In this document: in pieces, positions 1 through 12,479 of the stretch
Numbering within the stretch: position 1 is the first letter of the stretch
Layout: each line of letters opens with the position of its first letter
Assembly: GCF_009914755.1 (NCBI RefSeq)
Contig: NC_060927.1
Length of the DNA: 64,000 nt
From: the human T2T-CHM13v2.0 reference genome, Homo sapiens
Strand: one strand, 5' to 3'
The notes under the pieces: model-generated
Told to the model about the DNA's origin: nothing
The model's input: the letters and a program-made list of their open reading frames with translations, nothing else
The model's database searches: none
Made by a program: the position numbers and the translations under genes

Positions 1-732
1 ACTACAATAACAGAGACTTTTGTCTTAATAACTCATAGAAAAGAATGAGAAAATATCATTAGGAATACAGAAAACCTAAACTACACTACCAACCAATTTG
101 ACCTAATAGATATTTATAGAACACTCTAGCAAACAGCAGCATAACAAATATTATTTTCAACTACACATGACACATTCTGCAAGACAGTGCTCATTCTGGG
201 CCAGAAAATAAAACTCAAACTTAAAAGAATGAAATGGAGTTTAAACAGAAAACACTAAGGAAGATGCATGGGAAATTCCCAAATGTTTGGAAATTAAATA
301 CTGCATTTATATATCACCCACATGTATCCAAGGGAAAGTCAAAAGAAAAATAAAATATGTTGAACTAAATGGAAATGAAAACATAACATACAAATTCATG
401 GAATGCAGATAAGTAGCACTTAGAGTAAAATTTAAAGCATTATAAGAAATAAGTGTGCTTAGCGATGCCTCATGATATTTGGTCAATGTATAAAAATTAA
501 TTGTATTTATATAGTCTAGCAATAAACTGGAAATTAAAGTATTAAAAAACTATAACTTTTCTTAGAACAATATAAGTCATGAAATAAAGATACATTTAAC
601 AAATAAATGTAAGATTTCTGTGCTGAAAACTTAAAAATACTGATGAGAAAAATGAAAGAATATGTACATATTTGCCAGTTCCATTGATCACAAGACTCAA
701 TATCATTATAGCATCAATTTTTCTCAAATTGA

Positions 733-890
733 TCTATGATTTCAATGCAATCCCAATTATAATCATGGACATTAAAAAATATAAATAAAGAGTCTTATTT
801 GGAAAATTCACTCTATGATTTCAGTGCAATCCCAATTATAATCATGGACATTAAAAAATAGAAATAAAGAGTCTTATGTGGAAAATTCAC
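733..890 (+). repeat. 79-bp tandem duplication (733-811 / 812-890)
   Basis: Two near-identical copies of TCTATGATTTCARTGCAATCCCAATTATAATCATGGACATT...GGAAAATTCAC. Confidence 0.95.
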
Positions 891-892
891 AT

Positions 893-1512
893 TGTAAACC
901 AAAAATAGAATTTTGAGCACTCTGTCCTCACCCCTCAACAGGGCAACCAACTGAATGGACCCCTCCTGTCTGTCAAGGGAATTCCAAAAATAACCTGAAA
1001 CAAGAGTATAGGCCATAATGGGAACAAGTAGTCAAACATCTCTCATTATATCCTCCTCCCTTTGCAATTTAGGCACAATCGACCGGTGTAACATTAAAAC
1101 GGATACTTAAGATGATCTTTTCTCTCTGAAGCCTGCTACCTGAAGGCTTCTTCAGCATAATAAACCTTTGCTCTCCATAACTCCTTATCTTAACTTAAAT
1201 ACTAACTTCTATTGATTCCAGGTCTTTACATAAACTCAACTAATTACCAATCAGATAATCTTCAAATCTACCTATGACCTAGAAGCCTCCACTTTGAGTT
1301 GTTCCATATTTCCAGACTGAACCAATGCACAACGTACATGTATTGATTGATGTCTTATGTCTCCCTAAAACATATAAATCCAATCTATAGCCCAACCACC
1401 TTGGGCACATGTTCTGAGGACCTCCTGAGACTTTGTCATAGGAACGTACTTAGCCTTGGCAACATAAACTTCTAAATTGGTTGAGATCTGTCCGAAATAA
1501 TTTTGGTTTACA
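893..1512 (+). mobile_element. MER4-family solo LTR (ERV1)
   Basis: Inverted termini TGTAAACCAAAA...TTTTGGTTTACA; MER4 motifs ACTGAATGGACCCCTCC and CCACCTTGGGCACATGTTCT. Confidence 0.88.
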
Positions 1513-3730
1513 GCACTCAAGCCTAAGCTAAAAATATAGATTAATCAAAATAGCTATGAAAAAGAACAAAATATGAGGATTCACACTACCTGATTTCAAG
1601 GTTCAAACATGAAGACAGGCTATATTGGCCTAAAGATAAACATGTAGAACAAACAAATAGATTAGAAAGCCCAGAAGTAGACCCAGACAAATACAGACTC
1701 ATACATATATAATCAATAGGCAAAGGTGCCAAGGTAATCCAATAAGGAATGGGCAATATTTGCACAAAAATGAATCTCTATGCTTACATTTTACCGTATA
1801 AAAATAGTGCAAGTTTTCTTTTTATCAACATGGCAGACTAGAGATGTCAGATGCCAGTTCTCCTCATAAAGAAGATCCAAAGTTACAGGCCCAAGGGAAA
1901 AACTGAATTGCAGCAAGAGTCTAGCAGAGAGTGACCACTGAGGAACTTGCAGTTCCACGGAAAGAATAGGTGGAGGTGTTTCTTTGCTCCCCCAAACCTA
2001 TGGTGGCTTGCTGACAGCCAAATTGTTGGAGAGCTAGTCTACCCTCATGAGCCCAGGCACTACTTTTGGCAGTGATTTGGGAACTTCTGAAGAGCAGAGC
2101 ATCAGGTGGTCAGCTTGTGCAGGTTCATTCACTCTTTCTTCAAATCTGAGCTGAGGCAGTAGACATCATCCTGGCATCATACTGGTTGTGTACCAGTTGT
2201 GGGCCATTAACATGCCAAGAGAATTTCAGTCCTTGTGTCTCCACATCACTAGGTGCTCCATGAATATTTCCTAGAGTGCACTTTGGAAAATTCACATTGT
2301 AAACAAAAAATAGAATGTATAGAAAAAATATAATAGAAAATAGAAATATGACTGGGACAACCATAGGAGATGGTTGCTCTCAGGAGCTGTAGGATCCCAA
2401 GAGATTTAGCCCACAATATGGGACGGCCCTAGGGTAAAAATTATTGCAGCCATCAAAGTGTACTTTGGGACATAGGAAACCAGATAACATGGTCTCCCTG
2501 GCCAGAGAGCCCCCTTTTTGTGACCAGAAGGTGACTGTGTGCTTCCATTCAAAATGTGGGCCTGGTGCAGATCAATGAAAAAGGGGAGTGTTGCTCCATT
2601 CCAGTGGGCAGGAGGCACGAGTGGCTAGAAATGGATGTGAAGAGAGGATCTTCTCTCACCCCCTTATCCACTGCTGTGGATATGGCATGTCTTTTGGTAC
2701 TGGGAGTTGGCACAGGCTTACTTGAAGACAGCCATTCCAGTGCTATTTAGGGCAGCTGCATCCCCACCGAAATTGTGTCTGCCTGTCCAGACTTGCACGA
2801 AGGGTTGTGCTCATGTCCCACTCCATATGTGGAGCAGCAGCATTTCTGCAGTGGACTGCAGACCAGCCACAGAGCTGTCTGTTTGGGCTAAGGGAAGAGG
2901 ATCCACCCCAAGGCCATTTTGGTGGTAGCTGCAGTTCAAGCATTTTCCATGGACTTCAGTTACATTGTGGCCTTGAGATAAAGCACAATGTCTTTTTGAA
3001 ATGAAGCTTATGAGCCCTGGGATGAGGGTATGATAGGGAAATGAATCACATTTCTACCTGCCTAGGACAAGGAACTAGTGTATCCCTCTCCCTACACCAC
3101 CCTATGGAGACCTCACCCCATATGACCATGAACTTCCTCAACCATCCCAGTCATAGTATGTGCTTCTGGTCATCTTCAGGGTGTTTGAGAGTGAGCCAGC
3201 TCTTAGTTGTAATTGCCATCTACTGGACTGGAGGCTGAATTTCACAACCAAATAAAAATACTTGTTGACAGAAGGGCATGGTGCTAGGAAAGAAGATAAT
3301 CTTCCTGAGACCTCCACATTCCAGGACATGAAAAATATAGTGAGATGGTTCATATGCCCAATACATTGTTGCAAATGTCAGCATTTCAAAAAACCATACA
3401 CAGAAATTATCTTTAAAAAGGAATAAATATGAAGCCTTGCCCCGTGAAAGCAACCAGAATTGAAGGCAGACAATTATATACAACTTATATTACAGCCCCA
3501 GCATCAAGAAAGAAAAGTATGAAGAAGTGAAAGCAAATTCAAACATAAGAAGAGACAGCTCCTCCAGATGAGAAGGAATCAGAGTAAGAACTCTTACAGT
3601 ACAAAAACACAGTGATTCGCCACTCCCAAAGGATCACACTCTCTCTAGCAATGGAACCTAACCAACAGGGAATTCTGAAATGACAGATAATTCAAAGTGA
3701 AATGTAAGAAAGCTCAATGAGATGCAAGAG

Positions 3731-3794
3731 GCCACTGCACTCCAGCCTAAGTGACAAAGTGAGACTCTGTCTCAAAAAAAAAAAAAAAAAAAAA
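3731..3794 (+). mobile_element. Severely 5'-truncated Alu (last ~43 nt plus A-tail)
   Basis: GCCACTGCACTCCAGCCTAAGTGACAAAGTGAGACTCTGTCTC followed by an A-run of about 21 nt. Confidence 0.9.
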
Positions 3795-4260
3795 GAGCAA
3801 TCCAAGAGAACCAACACAAAGAAATCAGATAAACAATTCAATTTATACATGAAAAATTGACTAAAGAGATATATTTAAAAAAAAAAGAACTTCTGGAAAT
3901 AAAAAATACATTAAAAGATTTACAAAATGTAGTTGAAAGCTTAAAACTAGGTTAGATCAAACAGAAGAAAGAATTTAAGAGCCTGAAGACCAGGTCCTGT
4001 GAATTAATCCAGTCACACAAAAATAAAGAAAAAAGAATTTTTAAAAAATGAACAAAGGCTTCAGGAAATAGAGGATTATGTAAAAAAATACGAACCTATG
4101 AGATATATGCATTTGTGAAAGAGAAGAAGAAAAGGTAAAAAGTCAGGAAAACATATCTGATGACATAATTTCTAAAAATTTGGTCTAGATAAGGATTTAA
4201 ACATCCAGATACAAGAAGCTAAAATAACAACTGGGAGAAACTCTAAAAAACAAATCTTAT

Positions 4261-4677
4261 TGTCAGGCCTCTGAGCCCACATCTGCATGTACACATCCAG
4301 ATGGCCTGAAGCAACTGAAGAACCACAAAAGAAGTGAAAATAGCCAATTCCTGCCTTAACTGATGACATTCCACCATTGTGATTTGTCCTGCCCCACCCT
4401 AACTGATCAACTGACCTTGTGACATTACTTCTCCTGGACAATGAGTGTCAGAAGCTCCCCACTGAGCACCTTGTGACTGCCACCCCTGCCCACAAGAGAA
4501 AACCTCCCTTTGACTGTAATTTTCCACTACTTACCCAAATCCTATAAAACTGCCCCACCCTTATCTCCCTTTGCTGACTCCTTTTTCAGACTAGTCTGCC
4601 TGCACCCAAGTGATTAAAAAGCCTTTTTGCTCACAGAAAGCCTGTTTCATGGTCTCTTCACATGGACGCACATGACA
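4261..4677 (+). promoter_or_regulatory. 5' LTR7 (older, LTR7C-like) with TATA box (~4544) and ATTAAA polyA signal (~4613)
   Basis: TGTCAGGCCTCTGAGCCCA...GGTCTCTTCACATGGACGCACATGACA, followed by a degenerate tRNA-His PBS (TGGTGCC). Confidence 0.92.
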
Positions 4678-4932
4678 TTTGGTGCCTCACTCCAGGAGGA
4701 GATCCACCTATGACCTCGGGTCCACAGACCAGCCCAAGGAACATCTCACCAATTTCAAATTGGGTAAGTGGTTTTTTCACTCTCTTCTCCAGCCTCTCGT
4801 GCTACCCTTCAATCTCCCTGTCCTTCCAATTCCAGTTATTTTTCCTCTCTGGAAGAGAAAAAGGAGACACATTTTATCCGTGGACCCAAAACTCCAGCGC
4901 CAGTCATGAACTCAGGAAGACAGTCTTCCCTT

Positions 4933-5195
4933 TGTGTCTGATCATCATGCGGACACCTGCCTTGATCATTCACCCACATTCCATTGGTGTCTGATCACTG
5001 CGAGGACACCTGCCCTCATCATTCACCCACATTCCACTGGTGTCTGATCACTGCGGGGACGGCTGCCCTGATCATTCACCCACATTCCACTGGTGTCTGA
5101 TCATCGCAGAGACACCTGCCCTCATCATTCACCCACATTCCATTGGTGTCTGGTCACCGCAGGGATGCCTGCCTTGGTCATTCACCCACATTCCC
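4933..5195 (+). repeat. 53-bp minisatellite (~5 copies) in the HERV-H leader
   Basis: Units start at 4951, 5004, 5057, 5110 and 5163: GGACACCTGCCYTSATCATTCACCCACATTCCAYTGGTGTCTGATCAC. Confidence 0.93.
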
Positions 5196-5316
5196 TTAGT
5201 GGCAAGTCAATTGTGGGGACAACTGCTTTGGCTGCACACCCACATTACAGCCCAGGGCTGCTCACCACCCCCTTCTCTGTGTCTCTACCTTTCTGTTTAA
5301 ACTTACCTCCCTCACT

Positions 5317-6297
5317 ATGGGCAATCTTCCACTCTCCATTCCCCCTTCTTCTCCCTTAGCCTGTGTTCTCAAGAACTTAAAACCTCCTGAACTCACACCT
5401 GACCTAAAACGTAAATGTCTCATTTTCTTCTGCAACACTGCTTGGCCCCCATACATACTCGATAATGGTTCTAAATGGCCAGAAAATGGCACTTTACATT
5501 TCTCCATCCTACAAGATCTAGATAACCCTTCTATTACCTCCCTTCCTCACACCCAGTCTGGCTTACAGTTTTGTTCCACGACTAGCTCTCCCCTACCTGC
5601 CCAACAACTTCCTCTTAGAGAGGTGGCTAGAGCTGAAGGCATAGTCAGGGTACATGTGCCTTTTTCTCTATTGGACCTCTCCCAGATCAGTTAGCATTTA
5701 GGCTCTTTTTCATCAAATATAAAAACCCAGCCCAGTCCATGGCCTGTTTGGCAACAACCCTTAGAAGCTTTACCACCCTAGACCCAGAGGGGACAGAAAA
5801 CAGTCTTATTCTGAATATCCATTTTATTACCCAATCCACTCCTGATGTAAGAAAAAGGTCCAAAAATTGGATTCCAGCCCTCAAACCCCACAACAGGACT
5901 TAATTAACCTCGCCTTCAAGGTGTACAATATAGAGAACAGGCATCCAAGTGGCAACATATTTCTGAGTTGCAATTCCTTACCTCCACTGTGAGAGAAACC
6001 CCAGCCACATCTCCAGCATACAAGAACTTCAAAACACCTAAGATGCAATGGTTAGGCATTCCTACAGGAACTCCTCCCTCAAGATCTTGCTTCAAGTGCC
6101 AGAAATCTGGCCACTGGGCCAAGGAATGCCAACAGCCCAGGATTCCTCCTAAGTTGTGTCCCGTCTGTGCGGGACCCCACTGGAAATTGGACTGTCTAAC
6201 TCACCCGGCAACCACTCCCAGAGCCCCTGGAACTCTGGCCCAAGGATCTTGGACTGACTCCTTCCCAGAACTTCTTGGCTTAGGGGCTGAAGACTGA
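5317..6297 (+). pseudogene. gag: HERV-H gag remnant (MA N-terminus, deleted CA, two NC zinc knuckles)
   Basis: MGNLPLSIPPSSPLACVLKNL...FFCNTAWP; zinc knuckles CFKCQKSGHWAKEC and CPVCAGPHWKLDC; broken into separate ORFs. Confidence 0.9.
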
Positions 6298-6339
6298 TGC
6301 TGCCCGATCGCCTCGGAAGCCTCCTGGACCATCACAGAC

Positions 6340-7236
6340 ACTTTGGGTAACTCTTACAGTGGAGGGTAAATCCGTACCCTTCTTAATCAAAACGGAGGCA
6401 ACCCACTCCACATTACCTTCTTTTCAAGGGCCCCTTTCCCGTGCCTCCATAACTGTTGTGGGTATCGACGGCCAGGCTTCTAAACCTCTTAAAACTCCCC
6501 AACTCTGGTGCCAACTTGGACAACATTCTTTTATACTCTCTTTTTTAGTTGTCTCCACCTGCCCAGCTCCCTTATTAGGTCATTTTAACTAAATTATCTG
6601 CTTCCCAGACTATTACTGGGCTACAGCCACACCTCATTGCCACCCTTTTCCCCAGTTCAAAGCCTCCTTCACATCCTCCCCTTGTGTCTCCCTACCTTAA
6701 ACCATAAGTATGGGATACCTTTACTCCCTCCTTGGCAATTGATCATGCACCCTTTATCATCCCATTAAAATCTAATCACCCTTACCCCACTCAACACCAA
6801 TATCCCATTCCACAGCAGGCTTTAAAAGGGTTAAAGCCTGTTATCACCCACCTGTTACAACATGGTCTCTTAAAGCCTACAAATTCTCCTTACAACTCTC
6901 CTGTCCTACCTGTCCAGAAACTGGACAAATCTTACAGGCTGGTCCAGGATCTTTGCCTTATCAACCAAATTGTCTTGCCTATCCACCCCATGGTGCCAAA
7001 CCCATATACTCTCCTATCCTCAATACCTCCCTCCAGAACCCATTATTCTGTTCTAGATATCAAACATGCTTTCTTTACTATTCCTGTACACCCTTCATCC
7101 CAGCCTCTCTTCCCTTTCACTTGGACTGACCCTGATACCATCAGTCTCCGCAACTTACCTGGTCTGTACTGCTGCAAGGCTTCAGGGACAGCCCTCATTA
7201 CTTCAGTCAAGCCCTTTCTCTTGATTTACTTTCTTT
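6340..7236 (+). pseudogene. pol: HERV-H pro and N-terminal RT remnant
   Basis: LIKTEATHS (degenerate DTGA protease motif), YRLVQDL, YSVLDIKHAFF and a frameshifted QGFRDSP. It ends before the YxDD motif. Confidence 0.9.
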
Positions 7237-7446
7237 CCTTGTGAGCCCTGCCCCTGCCCACAACAGAAAAATCCCTTTTAACTGTAATTTTCCACTATCT
7301 ACCCAAATCCTATAAAACTGCCCCACCCCTATCTCCCTTTGCTGACTCCTTTTTCGGACTCAGTCTGCCTGCATCCAGGGGATTAAAAAGCTTTATTGCT
7401 CACACAAAGCCTGTTTGGTGGTCTCTTCACATGGACGTGCATGACA
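7237..7446 (+). mobile_element. 3' LTR7 missing the first ~208 bp of U3
   Basis: Aligns to the 5' LTR only from 4469 (CCTTGTGA) onward. Confidence 0.93.
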
Positions 7447-9139
7447 CTTATCAAGGCTCATAGCCATCAGACTGTCAATAATCAACAAGAAGGAAAAATC
7501 CTAAAAGCATTTAGAGAGAAGCATCAAATCACCTATAAAGGAAATCCTATCAGACTAACAGCGGACTTCTGAGTAGAAACCTTATAAGCCAGAAAGGACT
7601 GAGGTTTTATTTTCAGTCTTTTTCTAAAGAAAAGAACTGAAAGCCAAAAATTTTGTGCCCTGCTAAACTACCCTTCATAAGTGAAGAAGAAATAGTCTTT
7701 CTCAGAGGAGCAAATGCTAAGGGAATTCATCACCACTAGACCACTGCTATAAGATATGCTCAAAGGCATTTAAACATGAAAATATAAGGATAATATTTGT
7801 ATCAAAAAATCATATGTAAATGAAAGGCTCATAGATTTCATAAAGCAATTGCGCAGTTGAGACTACAAGGCAACTACGTAACAACATAATGACTGTAATA
7901 AAACCTGGGGAGCGGGCCAAGATGGCTGACTAGAAACAGCAGCATTCCGAGGCTCCCATAAAAAAATAATAATGATAATAAGCATGTGAATTCTTCACCA
8001 GCAACAAAGGTATTCATATTCTCTCATCAGAACTGACTAGGAGCCTGGCATGACCCACAGAGAGAAGGAAGAACAGTGTGGTTTGGCAGCCCACCTGAAA
8101 GCCACAGAGGGCAGGGGAGCCACCTCTCCACAGTCAAGGGAAGTGGTGAGTGAGCATGCTACCCAGACAGGGAAACTGCTTTTTCCATGGAACTGTGCAA
8201 ACCATGGATTGGAAAATCCCACTCATGAACCCACTCCACCAGAGCCTAGTGTCCCAACCCTGGAACGCACAAATTCTCAACAGCCTGTCAGCTGGAACCT
8301 GCTTAAGCCTCCTGAACTCTTGAGGGAAGGGGCGACCAGCACCCCAACTGTGGTTGCCTACTGTCTAAGCTTTTGGAACTCCTTGGGGGAGGGGTAGCAG
8401 CTGGTACTGGGACTCACAGCTGCCTAACACACTGAGCTCCCTGGTCAGGGAAAGTGCAGCATCCATCTCTGTAGCTCCAGCCTGTGCTTTTCCCCTGCTG
8501 GAGCCAGGAAGGCTGGATGGCTTGTTCCCAAGACTTGTCCCCCAACAGCCCAACATACTGGCTGTGGCAGTCTGTGACAAGAGTGCCTCTTGAGGCCTGA
8601 CCCTGACCCATCCTTCCTCATTGGGTTGGGCTTCCCTGCAGGAACTCCAATAACTCCAGCCAGAGGCTCAGGGATGGAACCTGATCTCCCTGGGCTTGAG
8701 CCCCTAGTGGGAGAGGTGGCCGCAGACATAGCTTTTCCTGCTGGTAGTTCTGAGGAATCTGGGCAGCCTAGATGAGTGGGTTTCCTCCTAGTGAGGTACA
8801 CCCCCTCCACCAAAGGACAAAGTGCTTCATTAAACAGGTCTTGTTCCCTGTACCACCCAACTGAGTGAGACCCTCCAACAGGGGTATTCAGACACATCCT
8901 ATACAGGAGCAATCCTACTGGAATCAGGTTGGTGCTCCTCAAGGTCAGAGGTCCCAGAAGAAGGAGCCAGCACCCATCTTTGCTATTCTCCAGCCTCCTT
9001 GAGTGACATCTCCAGGTGCGAGAGCGAATCAGATGAATGGGGCCTGACGTGAACCCCCAGGAATCTGCAGCAGCCCTGCAGAAGAGGGACCTGACCATTG
9101 AAAGAAAAACGAACCTACAGAAAGCAGTAACAATGGCAT

Positions 9140-9140
9140 C

Positions 9141-9172
<32 letters not shown>
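9140..9172 (+). repeat. (CAA)11 microsatellite
   Basis: Read directly from the sequence. Confidence 0.95.
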
Positions 9173-12100
9173 AACCTTCACAATAACTCCATCCAAGTGT
9201 CAGCAGCCTCAAAGATCAAAACTAGACAAACTCACAAGGATGAGAAAGAATCAATGAAAAATTGCTAAAAACCCAAAAGGCCAGAATGTCTCTTCTCCTC
9301 CAAACAATCGCAACGTCTCTCATTCACGGACACAGAACTGGATGGAGGATCAGATGGATGATTTGACAGAAGTAGGCTTCAGAAGATAGGCAATAAAAAA
9401 CTATGCGGAGCTAAAGGATCATGTTCTAACACAATGCAAAGATGCTAAGAACATTGATAAAAGGTTAGAGGAATTGCTAACTAGAATAAGTTTAAAGAGG
9501 AACATAAACAACCTGATGGAGCTGAAAAACACAGCATGAGAACTTCATGAAGCATACATAAGAATCAACAGTTGAATCTACCAACTGGAAGAAAGGATAT
9601 CAGAGTTGGAAGACTGCCTTATTAAAACAAGACATGCAGACAAGACTAGAGAAAACAAGAATGAAAAGAAATGAACAAAGACTACAAGAAATATGGGACT
9701 TCAATAAACGACCAAACCTACAATTGATTGGAGTACCAGAAGGAGATGGGGAGAATGGAAACAAGCTGTTAAACATACTTCAGGATATAATCCAGGAGAA
9801 CTTTCCCAACCTAGCAAGACGGGACAACATGCAAATTTAGGAAATACAGAGAACACCACTAAGACACTCCATGAGAAGATCAACCCCAAGACGCATAATC
9901 ATCAAATTCTCCAAGGTCAAAATGAAGGAAAAAATGTTAAGGGCAGCCAGAGAGAAAGGCCTGGTCACCTACAAAGGGAAGCTCATTAGGCTACCAGCAG
10001 AAGTCTCAATGGAAATTCTACAAGCCAGAAGAAATTGGGGGCCAATATTCAACATTCTTAAAGAAAATAATTTTCAACCCAGAATTTCATATCCAGCCAA
10101 ACTAAGCTTGATAAGCAAAGGAGAAATAAAATCATTTCCAGACAAGCAAATGCTGAGGGATTTCATTACCACCAGGCCTACCATGCAAGAGCTCCTAGAA
10201 GAAGTATAAAATATGGAAAGGAAAAACTGGTACCAACCACTTCAAAAAAACGGCAAAATATAAAGACCAAAGACACTATGAAGAAACGGCATCAACTAAT
10301 GTGCAAAATAATCAAATAGCAGAATGATGACAGGATCAAATACATACATAACAATACTAAACTTGAATGTAAATGGGCTAAACACCACAATTAAAAGACA
10401 CAGATTGGCAAATTGGATACAGATTTAAGACCCATCGGTATGCTGTATTCAGGAGACACACAACTCACATGAAAAGACACACATAGGGTCAAAATAAAGG
10501 GATAGAGAAAAATTTACTAAGCAAATGGAAAGGAAAAAAAGCAGGGATTACAAGCCCAGTCTCTGACAAAACAGACTTTAAACCAACAGAAATCAAAAAA
10601 GGCAAAGAAGGGCATTATATAATGGAAAAGGGAACAATTCAACAAGAAGAGCGAACTATTATAAATAAATATGCACCCAATACAGGACCACCCAGATCCA
10701 TAAAACAAGTTCTTAGAGACCTATAAAGAGATTTAGACTCCCACACAATAATACTGGGAGACTTTAACACCCCACTGTCTGTATTAGACAGATCAACAAG
10801 ACAGAAAATTAACATGGATATTCAAGACTTGAACTCAACTCTGGATCAAGTGGACCTGGTAGACATCTACAGAACTCTCAATCCCAAATCAACAGAATAT
10901 ACATTCTTCTTAATGCCACATGGCACTTATTCTAAAATCGACCACATAATTGGAAGTAAAACACTCCTCAACAAATGCAAAAGAACTGAAATTATAACAA
11001 ACAGTCTCTCAGACCACAGTGCAATCAAGTTAGAACTCAGGATTAAGAAACTCACTTGAAACCACACGATTATACGGAAAATGAACAACCTGCTTCTGAA
11101 TGAATCCTGGGTAAATAGTAAAATTAAGGCAGAAATCAAGAAGTTCTTTGAAACCAATGAGAAAAAAGCAACAATGTACCAGAATCTCTGGTACACAGTT
11201 AATGCAGTATTAAGGGCGAAATTTATAGCACTAAATGCCCACATCGGAAAGCTAGAAAGATCTCAAATCAATACCCTAACATCACAATTAAAAGAGCTAC
11301 AGAGGCAATAACAAACTAATCCAAAAGCTAGCAGAAGACAAGAAATAACGAAGATCAGAGAAGATTTGAAAGAGATAGACACACGAAAATCCCTTCAAAA
11401 TATCAAGTAATCCAGTAGCTGTTTTTTTTGAAAAAAAAAAAAAAAAAAAAAAAAAGCAAAATAGACCACTAGCTAGACTAGTAAAAAAGAAAAGAGAGAA
11501 GAATCAAATGCACACAATTTAAAAAGACAAAGGAATATCAGCACTGATCACACAGTAATACAAACTACTATCAGAGAATACTATAAATACCTCTATGCAA
11601 ATGAACTAGAGACTCTAGAAGAAATGGATACATTCCTGGACATATACACCCTCCCAAGACTAAACCAGGAAGAAGCTGAATGCCTGAATAGACCAATAAC
11701 AAGTTCTGAAGTTAAGGCAGTAATTAAAAGCCTACCAACCAAAAAAAGACGAGGACCAGATGGATTAACAGCTGAATTCTACCAGAGGTACAAGGGGGAA
11801 CTGGTACGATTCCTTCTGAAATTATTCTAAACAATTGAAAAGGGGGGACGCCTCTCTAACTAGTTTTATGAAGCCAGCATCATCCTGATATCAAAACTGG
11901 GAAGAGACACAACAAAAAAAGAAGACTTCAGGCCAATATCCTGATAAACATCTATACAAAGATCCTCAATAAAATACTGGCCAACCGAATCCAGCAGCAC
12001 ATCAAAAACTTATCCTGCATGATCAAGTCAGCTTCATCCCTGGTTCAACATACCCCAATCAATAAATGTAATCCATCACATAAACAGAACCAAAGACAGA

Positions 12101-12175
12101 AACCACATGATTATCTCAATAGATGCAGAAAAAGCCTTCGATAAAATTCAACATCCTTTCATGTTAAAAACTCTC

Positions 12176-12479
<304 letters not shown>

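Larger units (their letters stand above)
1..1805 (+). mobile_element. Ancient L1M (L1MC/ME-like) ORF2 relic, left part, interrupted by a MER4 LTR
   Basis: Degenerate L1 ORF2 motifs: GACCTAATAGATATTTATAGAACACT, TTCAATGCAATCCCAAT, CACACTACCTGATTTCAAG. It continues collinearly at ~18645. Confidence 0.8.
4261..7446 (+). mobile_element. HERV-H provirus, internally deleted
   Basis: TG...CA termini, perfect 5-bp TSD CTTAT (4256-4260 / 7447-7451), LTR7 sequence at both ends, gag/pro/pol remnants. Confidence 0.97.

Noticed and set aside
4933-5195. CRISPR-like regular repeats
   Set aside because: The units are head-to-tail with no unique spacers and lie inside a retroviral leader in eukaryotic DNA.
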